This document shows, one piece after another, positions 61,636 to 64,000 of a stretch of DNA of 64,000 nt. Positions within the stretch are counted from its first letter, which is position 1. Every line of letters begins with the position of its first letter. The translations under genes were made by a program, and so were the position numbers. Origin of the DNA: an uncultured Lachnospiraceae bacterium (GTDB lineage: Bacteria; Bacillota; Clostridia; Lachnospirales; Lachnospiraceae); contig USDK01000002.1 in the NCBI GenBank assembly GCA_900553355.1, positions 3,500-67,499 of the forward strand, given 5' to 3'. The notes under the pieces were generated by a model. It saw only the letters and a list, made by a program, of their open reading frames with translations. It was not told where the DNA came from and did no database searches.

Positions 61636-63087
61636 CTACGCCTTGTTTACCTGGTCCAGAAGCTCTTTTTTCACACCATAAAGCTTAGGTGAAAGATCTA
61701 CATATATCTGGTGCGGGTAGAACAGACGTTTGGTCTCTTCCCACAGAGTATCCTTTTCCCTGCGGCAGTATGCGGCAATCTCCTTGACAGAAGGAGACTG
61801 ATAGATACATTCGCCATTTCGGAATATGGGAACCATCATCTCGCGGAGAGTATAAGAACCTCCCGGGAGACGGGTCTTTTTCCAGGTCTCGATAGGGTCG
61901 AAAAGAAGCATGTCCTCGGAAGGATCAAAAGTCTCGTCGGCAAAGCAGATCAAGTCGGCTTTGAGCTTGCCGGAATCCTTTTCATAGATCCGGTAGATGG
62001 TCTTATTGCCGGGGTTGGTGATTTTTTCTGTATTCTCCGAGATCTTGATCTTGGGGACAAACTCTCCATTTTCATTCTGGATCGCCGCCAGTTTATAAAC
62101 ACCGCCAAAAGACGGGCAGTCCTTGGAGGTGATCAGGTGTGTACCCACACCCCAGGAATTGATGGCTGCGCCCTGCATCTTAAGGTCGTGGAGCAGATAC
62201 TCATCCAGATCGTTAGAAGCAGTAATGGAAGCGTCAGTAAATCCGGCGTCATCCAGCATTTTCCGGGCCTTTTTGGACAGATAAGCCAGGTCGCCGCTGT
62301 CCAGCCGGATGCCATATTTTTTAAAGGTTCTTCCAGATTCTTTAAACTCACGGAAGACACGGATGGCATTGGGAACACCGGATTTTAACGTGTCATAAGT
62401 GTCTACCAGGAGTGTACAGTTGTCCGGATAGAGGTCGGCATATGCTTTGAAGGCCGTATACTCATCGGGAAAACTCATGATCCAGCTGTGGGCATGGGTC
62501 CCCATTACCGGGACATCGAAAAGCTGTCCTGCAAGGACGTTGGACGTGCCGACACATCCGCCGATCACGGCAGCTCTGGCTCCATAGAGTCCGGCGTCCG
62601 GTCCCTGGGCCCGGCGCAGGCCAAATTCCATGACACCGTCGCCGTCTGCAGCATAGACGACGCGAGAGGCCTTGGTCGCGATCAGACACTGATGATTCAA
62701 AATAGTCAGGATAGCTGTCTCTACCAGCTGGGCCTCCATGATAGGAGCGATGACCTTTAAGATCGGTTCCTTTGGAAAGATGACACTGCCCTCTGGAATG
62801 GCATAAATATCACCGCTGAAATGAAAACCACTTAAATAATGAAGGAAGTCTTCGCAGAAAATGCCAAGACTTCTCAGATAGTCCACATCTTCATAGGTAA
62901 AATTCAGATTCTTAATGTAGTCGATCACCTGGTCCAGGCCTGCACATACAGAGTAGCCGTTATTGCAGGGATTGGCTCGGAAAAAAACGTCAAAGATTAC
63001 CTTTTCATTCTGTCCTTTGACGTAGTAGCCCTGCATCATGGTCAGTTCGTACAAGTCTGTCAGCAAAGTTAGATCTTGTTTGTTCAT
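61636..63087 (-). CDS. pncB: Nicotinate phosphoribosyltransferase
   Basis: TDLYELTM, EFGLRRAQ, GTHAHS, RLDSGD, GGVYKL. Confidence 0.96.
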   Translation of the reverse strand: MNKQDLTLLTDLYELTMMQGYYVKGQNEKVIFDVFFRANPCNNGYSVCAGLDQVIDYIKNLNFTYEDVDYLRSLGIFCEDFLHYLSGFHFSGDIYAIPEGSVIFPKEPILKVIAPIMEAQLVETAILTILNHQCLIATKASRVVYAADGDGVMEFGLRRAQGPDAGLYGARAAVIGGCVGTSNVLAGQLFDVPVMGTHAHSWIMSFPDEYTAFKAYADLYPDNCTLLVDTYDTLKSGVPNAIRVFREFKESGRTFKKYGIRLDSGDLAYLSKKARKMLDDAGFTDASITASNDLDEYLLHDLKMQGAAINSWGVGTHLITSKDCPSFGGVYKLAAIQNENGEFVPKIKISENTEKITNPGNKTIYRIYEKDSGKLKADLICFADETFDPSEDMLLFDPIETWKKTRLPGGSYTLREMMVPIFRNGECIYQSPSVKEIAAYCRREKDTLWEETKRLFYPHQIYVDLSPKLYGVKKELLDQVNKA

Positions 63088-63185
63088 TGTTATATACTCC
63101 TTTTTGAACAATTAAAATGCTGCGTTGGTACATTTGGTTCATTATAGCACTTGTGCCGGAAAATGTAAAAGAAAAAACCAGGCGC

Positions 63186-63920
63186 CTATAAAAGAGCCTG
63201 GTTTTTCTGTATGGTTTTCTGGATCAGATCCTGACAGTAGCTGCTGATATGCTTTCGGGTATCCTTATCCAGTTCATCCAAGCGGATCGGAGTGCCGTAC
63301 TCGATGATCACATGAGTCTTTTTTACGAATGGCAGATGATTTTCAAAAATTGAGGCAGTATTATTCAGACTGATGGGAACGATGGCGCAGCCTGTCTTTT
63401 CTGCAATCTTAAAGGATCCACTGTGGAAAGGAAGCATAGACAGCTCCTCGCCGGTATTGCGGGTACCTTCCGGAAAGATACAGATGGAAATGCCTCGTTT
63501 GATATAGTCGATGGCCGTCAGGATCGTCTTCAATCCCTCTTTTGGGGTTGAACGGTCCAGAAACAGGCAGTACAGCCGTTTCATCCAGTCCCGGAGCAGA
63601 GGATAGCGGAGCATCTCCTTTTTGGCAATATATCCGGTAAGGCGTCTGCAGCGGGAATAAGTAAGCAGGATATCAAAATAACTCCGGTGGTTGCCGATAA
63701 ATAAAACAGGTTCGTCCGGAATATTTTCTTCTCCGATCACGGTGGCCTTTACACCGGCGATCTTCAGCATCAGACGGAAGGTCCACTGGACCATGCGCAG
63801 ACACTGATAGTCGCTGGCTGACTGGCTGACTCTGGCGATGGCTGACTCTATGAGCAGTACCGGGATGCCGATCAGGAGATATAGAAATAAAATAATTGCA
63901 ATCAATAAAAATCTGATCAT
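63186..63920 (-). CDS. plsC: 1-acyl-sn-glycerol-3-phosphate acyltransferase
   Basis: NHRSYFD, FLDR, FPEGTR. Confidence 0.92.
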   Translation of the reverse strand: MIRFLLIAIILFLYLLIGIPVLLIESAIARVSQSASDYQCLRMVQWTFRLMLKIAGVKATVIGEENIPDEPVLFIGNHRSYFDILLTYSRCRRLTGYIAKKEMLRYPLLRDWMKRLYCLFLDRSTPKEGLKTILTAIDYIKRGISICIFPEGTRNTGEELSMLPFHSGSFKIAEKTGCAIVPISLNNTASIFENHLPFVKKTHVIIEYGTPIRLDELDKDTRKHISSYCQDLIQKTIQKNQALL

Positions 63921-64000
63921 AATAAGTAACCTTTCTGAAAAACAATAATGCCTGCGGATTGCTTCGTGCCGTGCACTTTCACAATCCTGGCATCATTATA

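Overview
Chromosomal, mostly housekeeping and carbohydrate/peptide-utilisation DNA. Gene content and promoter/RBS style suggest a Clostridia bacterium, probably Lachnospiraceae (inference). Left to right: acidic hypothetical, dgt, DUF6128-like, tadA, a large SRP RNA on the opposite strand, B12-radical SAM, a missed 34-aa membrane peptide, VanW, AIRS-C and trmL. Then a complete Na+-type V/A-ATPase operon with a ~200-nt highly structured insert between subunits B and D, and a solitary Rpn/PD-(D/E)XK gene with a candidate internal small ORF. Then ogg-crcB, a two-component system plus sugar ABC locus, aroK, murA, an MFS gene, SAM-I riboswitch-metK, an OmpR-type two-component system, TetR, GT8, ftsH and CarD. 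Then a LacI-controlled GH32 fructan ABC locus, a GntR-AKR-xylulokinase-polyol dehydrogenase operon, and a three-gene amidohydrolase/symporter/PucR module bracketed by two covarying GCA-loop palindromes. The window ends with dipeptidase-DUF819, murF-ddl-pncB-plsC. I saw no CRISPR array, tRNA, rRNA, prophage or intact IS. All protein calls come from motif recognition by eye, not database searches.
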